Shown here: positions 47,101 through 61,953 of the stretch, in pieces
How the letters are laid out: every line of letters starts with the position of its first letter
Numbering within the stretch: position 1 is the stretch's first letter
Assembly (NCBI RefSeq): GCF_006345805.1
Contig: NC_043024.1
Location: forward strand, 2,790,001 to 2,854,000
Length of the DNA: 64,000 nt
Source: Octopus sinensis
Lineage: Eukaryota
Direction: 5' to 3'
Notes under the pieces: model-generated
What the model was told of the DNA's origin: nothing
The model's database searches: none
What the model saw: only the letters and a program-made list of their open reading frames with translations
Position numbers and translations under genes: made by a program

Positions 47101-49551
47101 GACAGAAGAATACTTAAAGAGTAAAACAGCTTTATTTAGATTTCACGTTACAAATATTCACAAAGGTTGATGAGGCAATTTCAACCAATCAATGACGTCT
47201 ATTGAGATGAATACAATTACTGCTGTTGTTTGTCAACAAGTTCAACAACAACGTCCGGTGAGAAATTAAACAAGAAATAGCATACAAACTACAGAATTTT
47301 CTCAAGAAATCCAAGAGAAAAAGATATTTTATAAACACATTCTACCAGTATACGAAGTTTAAAAGTGTTTAGTTACAAATAAATCATTTTTAAAACCTGC
47401 CAGTCAAAGTGAATAGTTCTGATAATTCTTCTTCATCCTCATTATTATCATGTTGAGAAGACTCGTCAAGCAAAGTGTATTCGTAGTTGTGGTCGATGCT
47501 GGTGTCACGTAACTGGCACCCGTCCAGGTGACACGCTAAAAGCATCCATTACACTCTTGGACTGGTTGGCGTTAGGAAGGACATCCAACCGTAGAAGCCA
47601 TGCCAAATCAGACTGGAACTTGGTGAAGCTCTCTGGCTTACCGGTTCCAGTCAAACCGTTTGACCTATGCCAGCAAGTAGGAATTGATAAGATGTACCCA
47701 GTGTAAGCTATGGACACATAAGAGGTGCAGCAACATCAAAGGAAAATTAACTGAGAAGATAGCTTTCATGTGCGGCAAATGCACAGGGACAATAGACACC
47801 ACAGATACTCAGAAAACAGATTCCATCACACTCCAGGGGGAGAAACTAGAAGTAGGTGATTGTCTCTGCTACCTGGGTGACAAAGTTAGTAGATGGGCTG
47901 GATGTTCAGAGGGTGTCACCACTAGATACGAATAGCCTGGGCAAAGTTTAGAAAGCTCCTACCCCTACTGGTGGCAAAGGGTCTCTCGCTCAGAGTGAAA
48001 GTTAGATTGTATGATGCATGTGTGCGAACTGTCATGCTTCACGGTAGTGAAAAATGGGTTGTGACTGCAGAGGACATACGTAGACTTGAAAGAAATGAAG
48101 CTAACATGATCCGCTGGATGTGTAATGTCAGTGTGCACACATGACAGAGTGTAAGCGCCCTGAGAGAAATGCTGGACATAAGAAGCATCAGATGTGATGT
48201 GCAAGAGCGACGTTTGCGCTGGTATGGTCATGTACTGCGGATGAATGAGGAGAAATGTGTAAAGTGCCACTGTTGCAGCGTCCTGGCTTCCCGGACCCCA
48301 GTCGAACCGTCCAACCCGTACTAGCATGGAAAACAGACGTTAAACGATGATGTTGATGAATTTTTTGTTGACATGTACGCCAAGATTGAATCAAAGACTC
48401 ACCTATGTAAGAACACACCAAAAACAGCTCCAGGTTGCTTCATATATTCGCTTAGGGGACAGCATAAATAATGATGGGTATGGAAATAATCTGGGGCAAT
48501 TGTGCATCCTTCCATTGAGTTTCATAAGTGAACCCCACCCCCACTATATGCATGAAAGAACACAAGTCTTGGTTTTAGATGTTGGACATACAAAATGACA
48601 GAAGAATACTTAAAGAGTAAAACAGCTTTATTTAGATTTCACATTATAAATATTCACAAAGGTTGATGAGGTTACCATTCAAGATTTTGGCCCTTACAAA
48701 GGTGATGACAAACAATTGTGGCAATTCACACAGAATATTACACGCTTCATTTATAATAAAAGGTTCCTCTTCTGTGTGTATACATTTGTGTCCAGTTAAA
48801 TAATGATTTTAGAGTGACTTGGTCGAAAAGAAGAAGTCATGGTACAAGGATAACATTTTACACCTTAGTTTTCATGTCAAATGTCTGATTTGATTGAAGT
48901 TTACAAGATTATCTACCATCATTCCAGCAACTTTGGTCACTTTTTTGAAGTCCATACCTCAACTAGCCATGGACATGCTTATAAAATAAAAAAAAAACAA
49001 AAACAGTGCAGCACCCATGGCTCTCAGAGATAATCTTTCATATGCACAATTAGTGAAGCGGGGAATAAACTATACGTTGACTGCAACCATCAAAACTTTC
49101 AGGTCTCCCCAAATACGTCATCACAACCCCTGATGTGCCTATGGTCTCTTTCCTCTTAGTGGTTCTATCCCTGCATGCATTTCTGGGGACATTTTGTGTT
49201 TTATTGTGTACAGTGCATCTACTTTAAGCTTTCCCTGCTGTCTTTATTTCACAACTATATGTCTTCTTTCTATTTCTTTATTTAACTTTTTCCAATGGGA
49301 AAAGTATACGATAAACTCATTATCATAAGACAGAAGATGATTTGGGAGAATGATTTACTAGAGATAATACAGTGATGTAGTTTCTATGCTGGATGGATGC
49401 ATTTATGGGAAATTAACTCAGCACCTTGAGAGAATGATTCTCCGCAGATATCACCTTGACTTTATTTTTCCTCCATATGGATGCATTTGTGATTAGATAA
49501 GTGATGGTTCTGAGAAAATGATATGCCGCAGATATCACAGTGATATGGTTT

Positions 49552-50829
49552 CTATCCTGTATGAATACGTTTGTGACAAGTTAGGTTTTGATTCTGAGTG
49601 AATGATTCTCCACAGATATCACAGTGATATGGTTTCTCACCTGTATGAATACGTTTATGTTTAGTTAAGCTACCGTTATCAGAGAAAGATTTGCCACAAA
49701 TATCACACTGATATGGTTTTTCTCCTGTATGAATACGTTTGTGACTAGTTAGGTTTTGATTCTGAGTGAATGATTCTCCACAGGTAACACACTGATATGG
49801 TTTCTCACCTGTATGAATACGTTTATGTTTAGTTAAGCTACCGTTATCAGAGAAAGATTTGCCACAAATATCACACTGATATGGTTTTTCTCCTGTATGA
49901 ATACGTTTGTGACTAGTTAGGTTTTGATTCTGAGTGAATGATTCTCCACAAATATCACACTGATATGGTTTCTCTCCTGTATGAATACGTTTATGTTCAG
50001 TTATATTACTAGTACGAGAGAAAGATTTACCACAAATATCACACTGATATGGTTTCTCACCTGTATGAATACGTTTATGCGTAGTTAAGCTACCGCTAGC
50101 AGAGAAAGATTTACCACAAATATCACACTGATATGGTTTCTCCCCTGTATGAATACGTTTATGTTTAGTTACATCACTAGTGTGAGGGAAAGATTTACCA
50201 CAAATATCACACTGATATGGTTTCTCACCAGTATGAATACGTTTATGCGTAGTTAAGCTACCGCTAGCAGAGAAAGATTTACCACAAATATCACACTGAT
50301 ATGGTTTCTCCCCTGTATGAATACGTTTATGTTTAGTTACATCACTATTACGAGAGAAAGATTTACCACAGATATCACACTGATTTGGTTTCTCCCCTGT
50401 ATGAATACGGTTATGTTTAGTTAAGCTACCGCTATGAGAGAAAGATTTACCACAAATATCACACTGATATGGTTTCTCACCTGTATGAATACGATTGTGA
50501 CTCGTTAGGTTTTGATTCTGAGAGAATGATTCTCCACAGATATCACAGTGATAAGGTTTCTCCCCTGTATGAATACGTTTATGTTTAGTTACAGCACTAG
50601 CGTGAGAGAATGATTTACCACAAATATCACACTGATATGGTTTCTCACCTGTATGAATGTATTTGTGTTTAGATAAGTGTTGATTCTGAGAAAATGATTT
50701 GCCGCAGATTTCACACTGATATGGTTTCTCTCCTGTATGAATACGTTTGTGATTAGTCAAACTAGATGTTTGAGAGAATGATTTGCCACAGATATCACAT
50801 TGATATGATTTCTTTCCTGTATAATACAT
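49552..50829 (-). CDS. C2H2 ZNF D3 (425 aa, 15 fingers), ending at an in-linker TAG
   Basis: MYYTG + 15 x 28 aa; one more in-frame finger follows, down to TAA at 49464-49462. Confidence 0.85.
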   Translation of the reverse strand: MYYTGKKSYQCDICGKSFSQTSSLTNHKRIHTGEKPYQCEICGKSFSQNQHLSKHKYIHTGEKPYQCDICGKSFSHASAVTKHKRIHTGEKPYHCDICGESFSQNQNLTSHNRIHTGEKPYQCDICGKSFSHSGSLTKHNRIHTGEKPNQCDICGKSFSRNSDVTKHKRIHTGEKPYQCDICGKSFSASGSLTTHKRIHTGEKPYQCDICGKSFPHTSDVTKHKRIHTGEKPYQCDICGKSFSASGSLTTHKRIHTGEKPYQCDICGKSFSRTSNITEHKRIHTGEKPYQCDICGESFTQNQNLTSHKRIHTGEKPYQCDICGKSFSDNGSLTKHKRIHTGEKPYQCVTCGESFTQNQNLTSHKRIHTGEKPYQCDICGKSFSDNGSLTKHKRIHTGEKPYHCDICGESFTQNQNLTCHKRIHTG

Positions 50830-53800
50830 TTGTAAACAGTTAAATGATGGATTTGCAAGAATGATTTACCACACGTATCACACTGATGGATATTTCTCTC
50901 CTGTATGAATAGGTTTCTGGGTCTTTAAGCTTCTACAGATATCACAGTGATAAAGGTGTTCCTCTGTATGAATATGCTTTCTCTGAGAGACTGATATTTT
51001 TACAGATATTGCAGTCACATAATTTCCATCACTTATTTGACAACTCTTCAGGGAAAAAAAAAATCAATCCTTTATCATCTCTGCATCATGAAAACTTCAA
51101 TAATTTTTCTTCTTTCACCAAAATATATTATCTCTAGTTTAGTTGTTATAAATCATTCCTGACAAATATTCCTTCAGCTACGTTTCCATCAACTGTAATC
51201 TCTGCTGTAATTTGGAAACGTTGCAATCTCCTTTGTAAAATGAATCCAAGTTTATTTAGAATGCAAGATTATCTCGTACAGGTTCCAGAGAGCAAACACA
51301 GAGAAGTGTTGTTTATAATCTCACCCAAGAGGAAATATTTCACCTCAGCTTCATATTAAACGAGGTTATATCAATTCTGTATAAAAATTCCTTCCTATAG
51401 TCTTTAAAAGATGAGGAATATATTCTGGTGATGTTTCTGTTGTAACAATTCTATTATTCCATTATTCTGAAACAACAGAAATAATATAAGATAGAGAATA
51501 CATTTAAACCGTAGAAATGGCAACAGCGAATATTTCCTACATTTCTGTACAGATAAATTATAGATACTCTTTTACTTGTTTCAGTCATTTGACTGTGGCC
51601 ATGCTGAAGCACCGCCTTTAGTCGAGCATATCTATCCCAGGGCTTATTCTATGTAAGCCTAGTACTTATTCCATTGGTCTCTTTTGCCGAACCGCTAGGT
51701 TATGGGGACGTAAACACACCAGCATCCGTTGACAAGTGATGTTGGGGGACAAACACAGACACACACATACATACATATATATACGATGGGTTTCTTTCAG
51801 TTTCCATCTACCAAATCCACTCACAAGGTTTTAGTCGGCCCGAGGTTATACTAGAAGACACTTGCCCAAGGTGTCACGAGGTGGGATTGAACCCGGAACC
51901 ATGTGGTTGGTAAGCAAGCTAGTTGCCACACAGCCACTCCTATGCCTTTTCCTGAACAGCTACGTTAAGGAGATGTAAACACAACACCGGTTGCCAAGCA
52001 GTAACTGGACACACACACATATTTATATACAACGGGCTTCTTTCAGTTTCCGTCCACCAAATCCACTCCCAAGGCTTTGGTCGGCCCGAGGCTATAGTAG
52101 AAGACACTTGCCCAAGGTGCCACACACTGGAACTGAACCCCGAACCATGTTTACAGCAAAAAAATTTGTATTTTTTTTTAAACCTGTCAATTTTTTAAAT
52201 TCTAAGGTTCCTTTAAATTATTCAACCTTCTTTTAATATAATGGGCCCTTTTAGATTTAAAAAGCCATTCGTTTTAACTGAGTCCCTTTGAATTTATCGA
52301 CGGCTTTTTAAACTTTGTAACCTTAGATTTCATGGCACCCTCTTCATTATTTTGCTTTGAATTAGCAAAATCGTAGGGGTCCCACTCTGTCTGAACAAGT
52401 TCCTAATCACGGCAGGAACATCTACGATAAAAGTCCTGCTATGAGTCGACCTGGGGTTAAACAGCAACAAGAACAACAACAGAACATAAAAATATATACG
52501 AACCAGTAAGGGAACTGCTGGAAATAGCAGCTAAAACGTGACAGGGTGGTCACGGTACAGACGCTTTCGACTGTGGGTTCGATCAAGTGGGCTTCACTTT
52601 GGTTTCCACATCAAAAAAGAAATGCAAATATTGATGTTGGGGAAATTAAGAAGAGGAAACGGTTGCGACGGTGTCCGCAGTGTCGGGAATGGATGGATCT
52701 GATTGGTTGAAATTAGAGAAACATTTCGTTTTTCCTATAACCACGTTCTTCGTATTTATGGATCTGGTTTTCACAATTCTTTTGTGAATTCGTGCGTAGG
52801 GTGGCGGGGCTGGTGCTGAAAAGTGCTTGGTTTTAAGGGTATTGCAAAAGGGTGACGCTGTTACCTTTACAGGGGACGTAGGACAATTATATATATACAT
52901 ATATACATATATATATATATATGGCTCTGTCGTTACATTGTGAGTTCAAATTCCGCCGAGGTTGACTTTGCCTTTCATCCTTTCGGTGTCGATAAATTAC
53001 AGTACCAGTTATGCACTGGGGTCGATCTAATCGACTTAATACTTATCTCTGTCCCAGTTTGTCCCCTCTGATGTTAGCCCCTTGTGGGTAGTAAAGAAAG
53101 AGGTATAAGTACCGGATACATTTCAAGAAAGTGTTTTTTTTTATATATGGGGGGTTAGCGGTAGGAGATAAGGGTTTCTGTTATCTTCAGAAATGTAAAC
53201 AAAGCCACATCTGGTGCTTACGGTACCTATACCGAAGGATCACCATAAACTTCCTCTTTCTGTTGGTATTTGATATTAAGATTTAGGGTATATCGAAAAT
53301 TAGAGTGGAGCTTCAATGGGAGAACGACACGTTGAAAGTAATAAGACAACTACCTATTTCTTTATTGCCAACAAGGGGACAAACAAGGACAGACAAAGGA
53401 ATTAAGTCGATTCTATTGACCCCAGTGCGTAACTGGTACTTAATTTATCGACCCCGAAAGGATGAAAAGCAAAGTCGACCTCGGCGGAATTATAGCTTCA
53501 GTAACGTTTATCATCAAAATAAGCTTCAAAATAAACATACGTACTTATGACATGTATACAATATAAATGTTTGTGTGTATATAATACTTACATATTAATA
53601 TAGAGAGTCAACGGGGAAGATGTGACGGAACTGAAGTCAGAGCGGACAATAACAGCTTCGAAAGAATTTCTAGGCTTTTACAACAAACGTTGGTTTATAT
53701 TTTTTGGAATCTACATAATAAAAGAATGCTGTTTGTATACGTTTACACGGTTGATTATCAGTCCTATAAGTTCAATTGTGTCCGTTAAAAGGATGGGTAA

Positions 53801-56800
53801 TTAAACAGGAGCAGGTGCGACCATTTTTAAAGGTCTTAAACAATTAATTGCCAGGGGAAGTAACTCTTTTTCTTCGCTTTGCTTTGCTTCTTCAACTCTT
53901 GTTGAGGCTGTTGCGAAAAAACCAGCATGTATTAGGCATTTTAAACCTCGCGGGGCCCATTCCTCTCCGAGTCGAAAGCATCTATTTCTTTTTTATTGCC
54001 CACAAGGGGCTAAACACAGAGAGGACAGACGGACGGATTAAGTCGATTACGTCGACGCCAGTGCGTAACTGCTACTTATTTAATCGACCCCGAAAGGATG
54101 AAAGGTAAAGTCGACCTCGGCAGAATTTGAACTCAAAACGTAGCATCAGACGAAATACTGCTGAGCATTTCACCCGGCAGTATTTCGTCTGATGCTACGT
54201 TCTGAGTTAAAATTCCGCCGGGGTCGACTTTACCTTTCATCCTTTCGGGGTCGAAAGCATCATCTAAGCTCTCAAGTCATACTCGCTTGCGAATGTCTGT
54301 TAAGCTTACATACATGCACACGATTCTATTTTCCAACATCAGCCTTCATTTAAATAAGTCCTGGGGTACTTTATATAGTTTATTTGACAATTCGGATCTT
54401 TTCGCTTTGACCGACAGATTTTAAAAATAATTTCTTTGTAACTAAACACTTTTAAACTTAGTATACTGGTAGAATGTGTTTATAAAACATCTTTATCTCT
54501 TGGCTTTCTTGAGAAAATTCTGTAATTTGTAAGCTATTTCTTGTTAAATTTCGCGGAAATCGGCAATTTCAACCAATCAATGACGTCTATTGAGGTGAAT
54601 ACAATTACTGCTGTTGTTTGTCAACAAGTTCAACATAGCGTCCGGTGAGAAATTAAACAAGAAATAGCATACAAACTACAGAATTTTCTCAAGAAATCCA
54701 AGAGAAAAAGATGTTTTATAAACACATTCTACCAGTATACGAAGTTTAAAAGTGTTTAGTTACAAAGAAATCATTTTTAAAACCTGCCAGTCAAAGTGAA
54801 TAGTTCTGATAATTCTTCTTCATCCTCATTATTATCATGTTGAGAAGACTCGTCAAGCAAAGTGAATTCGTAGTGGTGGTCGATGCTGTTGTCACGTAAC
54901 TGGCACCCGTGCAGGTGACACGCTAAAAGCATCCATTACACTCTTGGACTGGTTGGCGTTAGGAAGGACATCCAACCGTAGAAGCCATGCCAAATCAGAC
55001 TGGAACTTGGTGAAGCTCTCTGGCTTACCAGTTCCAGTCAAATCGTTTGACCTATGCCAGCAAGTAGGAATTGATAAGATGTACCCAGTGTAAGCTATGG
55101 ACACATAAGAGGTGCAGCAACATCAAAGGAAAATTAACTGAGAAGATAGCTTTCATGTGTGGCAAATGCACAGGGACAATAGACACCACAGATACTCAGA
55201 AAACAGATTCCATCACACTCCAGAGGGAGAAACTAGAAGTAGTTGATAGTCTCCGCTACCTAGGTGACAAAGTTAGTAGTGGGGGTGGATGCTCAGAGAG
55301 TGTCACCACTAGAATACGAATAGCCTGGGCAAAGTTTAGAAAGCTCCTACCCCTACTGGTGGCAAAGGGTCTCTCGCTCAAAGTGAAATGTAGATTGTAT
55401 GATGCATGTGTGCGAATTGCCATGATTCATAGTAGTGAAACATAGGCTGTGACTGCAGAGGACATGCGTAGACTTGAAAGAAATGAAGCTAATATGATCC
55501 GCTGGATGCGTAATGTCAATGTGCACGCTCGACAGAGTGTAAGCACCCTGAGAGAAATGCTGGACATAAGAAGCATCAAATATGGTGTGCAAGAGAGACG
55601 TTTGCGCTGGTATGGTCATGTACTGCGGATGGATGAGGAGAAATGTGTGAAGTGCCACTGTTGCAGCGTCCTTGTTTCCCAGACCCCAGTCGAGCCGTCC
55701 TACCCGTACTAGCATGGAGAACAGAGGTTAAACGATGATGTTGATGAATTTTTTGTTGACATGTATGCCAAGATTGAATCAAAGACTCACCTATGTAAGA
55801 ACACACCAAAAACAGCTCCAGGTTGCTTCATATATTCGCTTAGGGGACAGCATAAATAATGATGGGTATGGAAATAATCTGGGGCAATTGTGCATCCTTC
55901 CATTGAGTTTCATAAGTGAACCCCACCCCCACTATATGCATGAAAGAACACAAGTCTTGGTTTCAGTTGTTGGACATACAAAATGACAGAAGAATACTTA
56001 AAGAGTAAAACAGCTTTATTTAGATTTCACATTATAAATATTCACAAAGGTTGATGAGGTTACCATTCAAGATTTTGGCCCTTACAAAGGTGATGACAAA
56101 CAATTGTGGCAATTGACACAGAATATTACACACTTCATTTATAACAAAGGTTCCTCTTCTGTGTGTCTACATTTGTGTCCAGTTAAATAATGATTTTTGA
56201 GAGACTTGGTCGAAAAGAAGAAGTCATGGTACAAGGACAACATTTTACACCTTAGTTTTGATGTCAAATGTCTGATTTGATTGAAGTTTGCAAGATTATC
56301 TACCATCTTTCCAGCAACTTTGGTCACTTTTTTGAAGTCCATACCTCAACTAGCCATGGACATGCTTATAAAATTAAAAAAAGAAAAAAACAGTGCATCA
56401 CCCATGGCTTTCAGAGATATTTTTTCATGTGCACAATTAGTGAAGCGGGGAATAAATTATACGTTGACTGCAACCATCAAAGCTTTCAGGTTTCCCTAAA
56501 TACGTCATCACTACCCCTGATGTTCCTATGCTCTCTTTCCTCTTTGTGGTTCTATCCCTGCATGCATTTCTGGGGACATTTTGTGTTTTATTGTGTACAG
56601 TGCATCTACTTTAAGCTTTCCCTACTGTCTTTAGTTCACAACTATATGTCTTCTTTCTATTTCTTCTCTTAACTTTTTCCATTGAGCACAGTATACAATA
56701 AATTCAATATCATAAGACAGAAGATGATTTGGGAGAATGATTTACTAGAGATAATATAGTGATGTAGTTTCTATGCTGGATGGATGCATTTATGGGAAAT

Positions 56801-56896
56801 TAACTCAGCACTTTGAGAGAATGATTCTCTGCAGATATCACGTTGACTTTATTTTTCCTCCAAATGGACGCATTTGTGATTAGATAAGTGATGATT

Positions 56897-57370
<474 letters not shown>

Positions 57371-58232
57371 TTACCACACGTATCACACTGATGGATATTT
57401 CTTTCCTGTATGAATAGGTTTCCGGGTCTTTAAGCTTCTACAGATATCACAGTGATAAAGGTGTTCCTCTGTATGAATATGCTTTCTCTGAGACACTGAT
57501 ATTTTTACAGATATTGCAGTCACATAATTTCCATCACTTATTTGACAACTCTTCAGGGAAAAAAAAAAATCAATCCTTATCTTCTCTGCATCATGAAAAC
57601 TTCAATAATTTTATAATTGAAGTTTGCAAGATTATCTACCATCTTTCCAGCAACTTTGGTCACTTTTTTGAAGTCCATACCTCAACTAGCCATGGACATG
57701 CTTATAAAATTTAAAAAAAACAAAAACAGTGCAGCACCCATGGCTTTCAGAGATATTTTTTCATGTGCACAATTAGTGAAGCGGGGAATAAACTATACAT
57801 TGACTGAAACCATCAAAACTTTCAGGTTTCCCTAAATACGTCATCACTACCACTGATGTTCCTATGCTCTCTTTCCTCTTTGTGGTTCTATCCCTGCATG
57901 CATTTCTGGGGACATTTTGTGTTTTATTGTGTACAGTGCATCTACTTCAAGCTTTCACTGCTGTCTTTAGTTCACAACTATATGTCTCCTTTCTATTTCT
58001 TCATTCAACTTTTTCCAATGAGCACAGTTTACAATAAACTCATTATCATAAGACAGAAGATGATTTGGGAGAATGACTTACTAGAGATAATATAGTGATG
58101 TAGTTTCTATGCTGGATGAATGCATTTATGGGAAATTAACTTCGCACTTTGAGAGAATTATTCTCCGCAGATATCACGTTGACTTTATTTTTCCTCCATA
58201 TGGACGCATTTGTGATTAGATAAGTGATGATT

Positions 58233-59510
58233 CTATCCTGTATGAATACGTTTATGTCTAGTTACATCACTAGTGTGAGAGAAAGATTTACCACAAATAT
58301 CACACTGATATGGTTTCTCCCCTGTATGAATACGTTTATGTCTAGTTACATCACTAGTGTGAGAGAAAGATTTACCACAAATATCACACTGATATGGTTT
58401 CTCACCTGTATGAATACGTTTATGTTTAGTTACATCACTAGCACGAGAGAAAGATTTACGACAAATATCACACTGATATGGTTTCTCACCTGTATGAATA
58501 CGTTTATGTTTAGTTACATCACTATTATGAGAGAAGGATTTACCACAAATATCACACTGATATGGTTTCTCTCCCGTATGAATACGTTTATGTTTATTTA
58601 CATCACTATTATGAGAGAAGGATTTACCACAAATATCACACTGATATGGTTTCTCACCTGTATGAATACGTTTGTGACTGGTTAAGTTTTGATTCTGAGA
58701 GAATGATTCTCCACATATATCACACTGATATGGTTTCTCACCTGTATGAATACGTTTGTGACTGGTTAAGTTATGATTCTGAGAGAATGATTCTCCACAG
58801 ATATCACACTGATATGGTTTCTCCCCTGTATGAATACGTTTATGTTTAGTTACATCACTATTACGAGAGAAAGATTTACCACAAATATCACACTGATATG
58901 GTTTCTCACCTGTATGAATGTATTTGTGAGCAGTTAAGTGTTGATTTCGAGAGAATGATTCTCCACAGATATCACACTGATATGGTTTCTCCCCTGTATG
59001 AATACGTTTATGTTTAGTTACATCACTAGTACGAGAGAAAGATTTACGACAAATATCACACTGATATGGTTTCTCACCTGTATGAATACGTTTATGTTTA
59101 GTTACATCACTATTATTAGAGAAGGATATACCACAGATATCACACTGATATGGTTTCTCTCCCGTATGAATACGTTTATGTTTATTTAAATCACCATTAT
59201 GAGAGAAGGATTTACCACAAATATCACACTGATATGGTTTCTCACCTGTATGAATACGTTTGTGACTGGTTAAGTTTTGATTCTGAGAGAATGATTCTCC
59301 ACATATATCACACTGATATGGTTTCTCACCTGTATGAATACGTTTGTGACTGGTTAAGTTATGATTCTGAGAGAATGATTCTCCACAGATATCACACTGA
59401 TATGGTTTCTCCCCTGTATGAATGTATTTGTGAGCAGTTAAGTGTTGATTTCGTGAGAATGATTTACCACAGATATCACACTGATATGATTTCTTTCCTG
59501 TATAATACAT
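58233..59510 (-). CDS. C2H2 ZNF D5 (425 aa, 15 fingers), ending at an in-linker TAG
   Basis: MYYTG + 15 x 28 aa; acceptor at 60149, exon-1 donor at 62454. Confidence 0.85.
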   Translation of the reverse strand: MYYTGKKSYQCDICGKSFSRNQHLTAHKYIHTGEKPYQCDICGESFSQNHNLTSHKRIHTGEKPYQCDICGESFSQNQNLTSHKRIHTGEKPYQCDICGKSFSHNGDLNKHKRIHTGEKPYQCDICGISFSNNSDVTKHKRIHTGEKPYQCDICRKSFSRTSDVTKHKRIHTGEKPYQCDICGESFSRNQHLTAHKYIHTGEKPYQCDICGKSFSRNSDVTKHKRIHTGEKPYQCDICGESFSQNHNLTSHKRIHTGEKPYQCDICGESFSQNQNLTSHKRIHTGEKPYQCDICGKSFSHNSDVNKHKRIHTGEKPYQCDICGKSFSHNSDVTKHKRIHTGEKPYQCDICRKSFSRASDVTKHKRIHTGEKPYQCDICGKSFSHTSDVTRHKRIHTGEKPYQCDICGKSFSHTSDVTRHKRIHTG

Positions 59511-61953
59511 TTGTAAACAGTTAAATGATGGAATTGCAAGAATGATTTACCACACGTATCACACTGATGGATATTTCTTTCCTGTATGAATAGGTTTCTG
59601 GGTCTTTACGCTTCTACAGATATCACAGTGATAAAGGTGTTCCTCTGTATGAATATGCTTTCTCGGAGAGACTGATATTTTTACAGATATTGCAGTCACA
59701 TAATTTCCATCACTTATTTGACAACTCTTCAGGGGAAAAAAAAAATCAATCCTTTATCTTCTCTGCATCATGAAAACTTCAATAATTTTTCTTCTTTCAC
59801 CAAAATATATATCTTTTAGTTTAGTTGTTAGAAATCATTCTTGACAAATATTCCTTCAGCTACGTTTCCATCAACTGTAATCTCTGCTGTAATTTGGAAA
59901 CGTTGCAATCTCCTTTGTAAATTGAATCCAAGTTTATTTAGAATGCAAGATTATCTCGTACAGTTTCCAGAGAGCAAACACAGAGAAGTGTTGTTTATAA
60001 TCTCACCCAAGAGGAAATATTTCACCTCAGCTTCATATTAAACGAGGTTATATCAATTCTGTATAAAAATTCCTTCTGTTAGTCTTTAAAAGATGTTGAA
60101 TATATTCTGGTGATGTTTCTGTTGTAACAATTCTATTATTCCATTATTCTGAAACAACAGAAATAATATAAGATAGAGAATACATTTAAACCGTAGAAAT
60201 GGCAACAGCGAATATTTCCTACATTTCTGTACAGATAAATTATAGATACTCTTTTACTTGTTTCAGTCATTTGACTGTGGCCATGCTGGAGCACCGCCTT
60301 TAGTCGAGCATATCTACTCCAGGGCTTATTCTATGTAAGCCTAGTACTTATTCTATCGGTCTCTTTTGCCGAACCGCCAGTTTACGGGGGCGTAAACACA
60401 CCAGCATCGGTTCTCAAGTGATGTTGGGGGACAAACACAGACACACACATACATATATATACGACGGGCTGCTTTCAGTTTCCATCTACCAAATCCACTC
60501 ACAAGGCTTTAGTCGGCCCGAGGCTATACTAGAAGACATTTGCCCAAGGTGTCAAGAGGTGGGATTGAATCCGGAACCATGTGGTTGGTAAGGATGCTAC
60601 TTACCACACAGCCACTCCTACGCCTTTTCCTGAACAGCTACGTTACGGAGATGTAAACACAACACCGGTTGCCAAGCAGTAACTGGACACACACACATAT
60701 TTATATACAACGGGCTTCTTTCAGTTTCCGTCCACCAAATCCACTCCCAAAGCTTTGGTCGGCCTGGGTCTATAGTAGAAGACACTTGCCCAAGGTGCCA
60801 CGCACTGGAACTGAACCCCGAACCATGTTTACAGCAAAATAATTTTTTTTTTTTTAAAAACCTGTCAATTTTTTAAATTCAAAGGTTCCATTAAAATTAT
60901 TCAACCTTCTTTTAATATAATGGGCCCTTTTAGATTTAAAAAGCCATTCGTTTTAACTGAGTCCCTTTGAATTTATCGAGGGCTTTTTAAACTTTGTAAC
61001 CTTAGATTTCATGGCACCCTCTTCATTATTTTGCTTCGAATTAGCAAAATCGTAGGGGTCCCACTCTGTCTCAACACGTTCCTAGTCACGGCAGGAACAT
61101 CTACGATAAAAGTCCTGCTATGAGTCGACCTGGGGTTAAACAGCAACAAGAACAACAACAGAACATAAAAATATATACGAACCAGTAAGGGAACTGCCGG
61201 AAATAGCAGCTAAAAACGTGACAGGGTGGTCACGGTAAAGACGCTTTCGACTGTGGGTTCGATCAAGTGGGCTTCACTTCAGTTTCCACATCAAAAAAGA
61301 AATGCAAATATTGATGTTGGGGAAATTAAGAAGAGGAAACGGTTGCGACGGTGTCCGCAGTGTCGGGAATGGATGGATCTGATTGGTTGAAATTAGAGAA
61401 ACAATTCGTTTTTCCTTTAACCACGTGCTTCGTATTTATGGATCTGGTTTTCACTATTCTTTTGTGAATTCGTGCGTAGGGTGGCGGGGCTGGTGTTGAA
61501 AAGTGCTTGGTTTTAAGGGTATTGCAAAAGGGTGACGCTGTTACCTTTACAGGGGACGTAGGACAACTATATATATACATACATATATATATATATAAGG
61601 CTCTGTCGTTACATGTGAGTTCAAATTCCGCCGAGGTTGACTTTGCCTTTCATCCATTCGGGGTCGATAAATTAAAGTACCAGTTATGCACTGGAGTCGA
61701 TCTAATCGACTTAATACCTATCACTGTCCCAGTTTGTCCCCTCTGTGTTTAGCCGATTGTGGGTAGTAAAGAAATAGGGGTTAATATAGGGCGTTATAGG
61801 TAAAAGTACCGGTCGCACCTCGGAAAATTCACATCGGGAAGTTCCGAAAGCGTCTGAGGAGCTGACCCGGGCACCAAAACAAAAACAAAAGTGTAATATG
61901 TGTAAAACAACTTGCTCTAAACGAATATGACAAAAAAAATGCGAAATAGGTAT

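Larger units (their letters stand above)
43718..53106. repeat. Segmental duplication unit 3 (~9.4 kb, with internal partial re-duplication at ~47172)
   Basis: Collinear with the other units; exon-1 core at 44479-44504; the MITE-RTE-Helitron block occurs twice. Confidence 0.9.
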
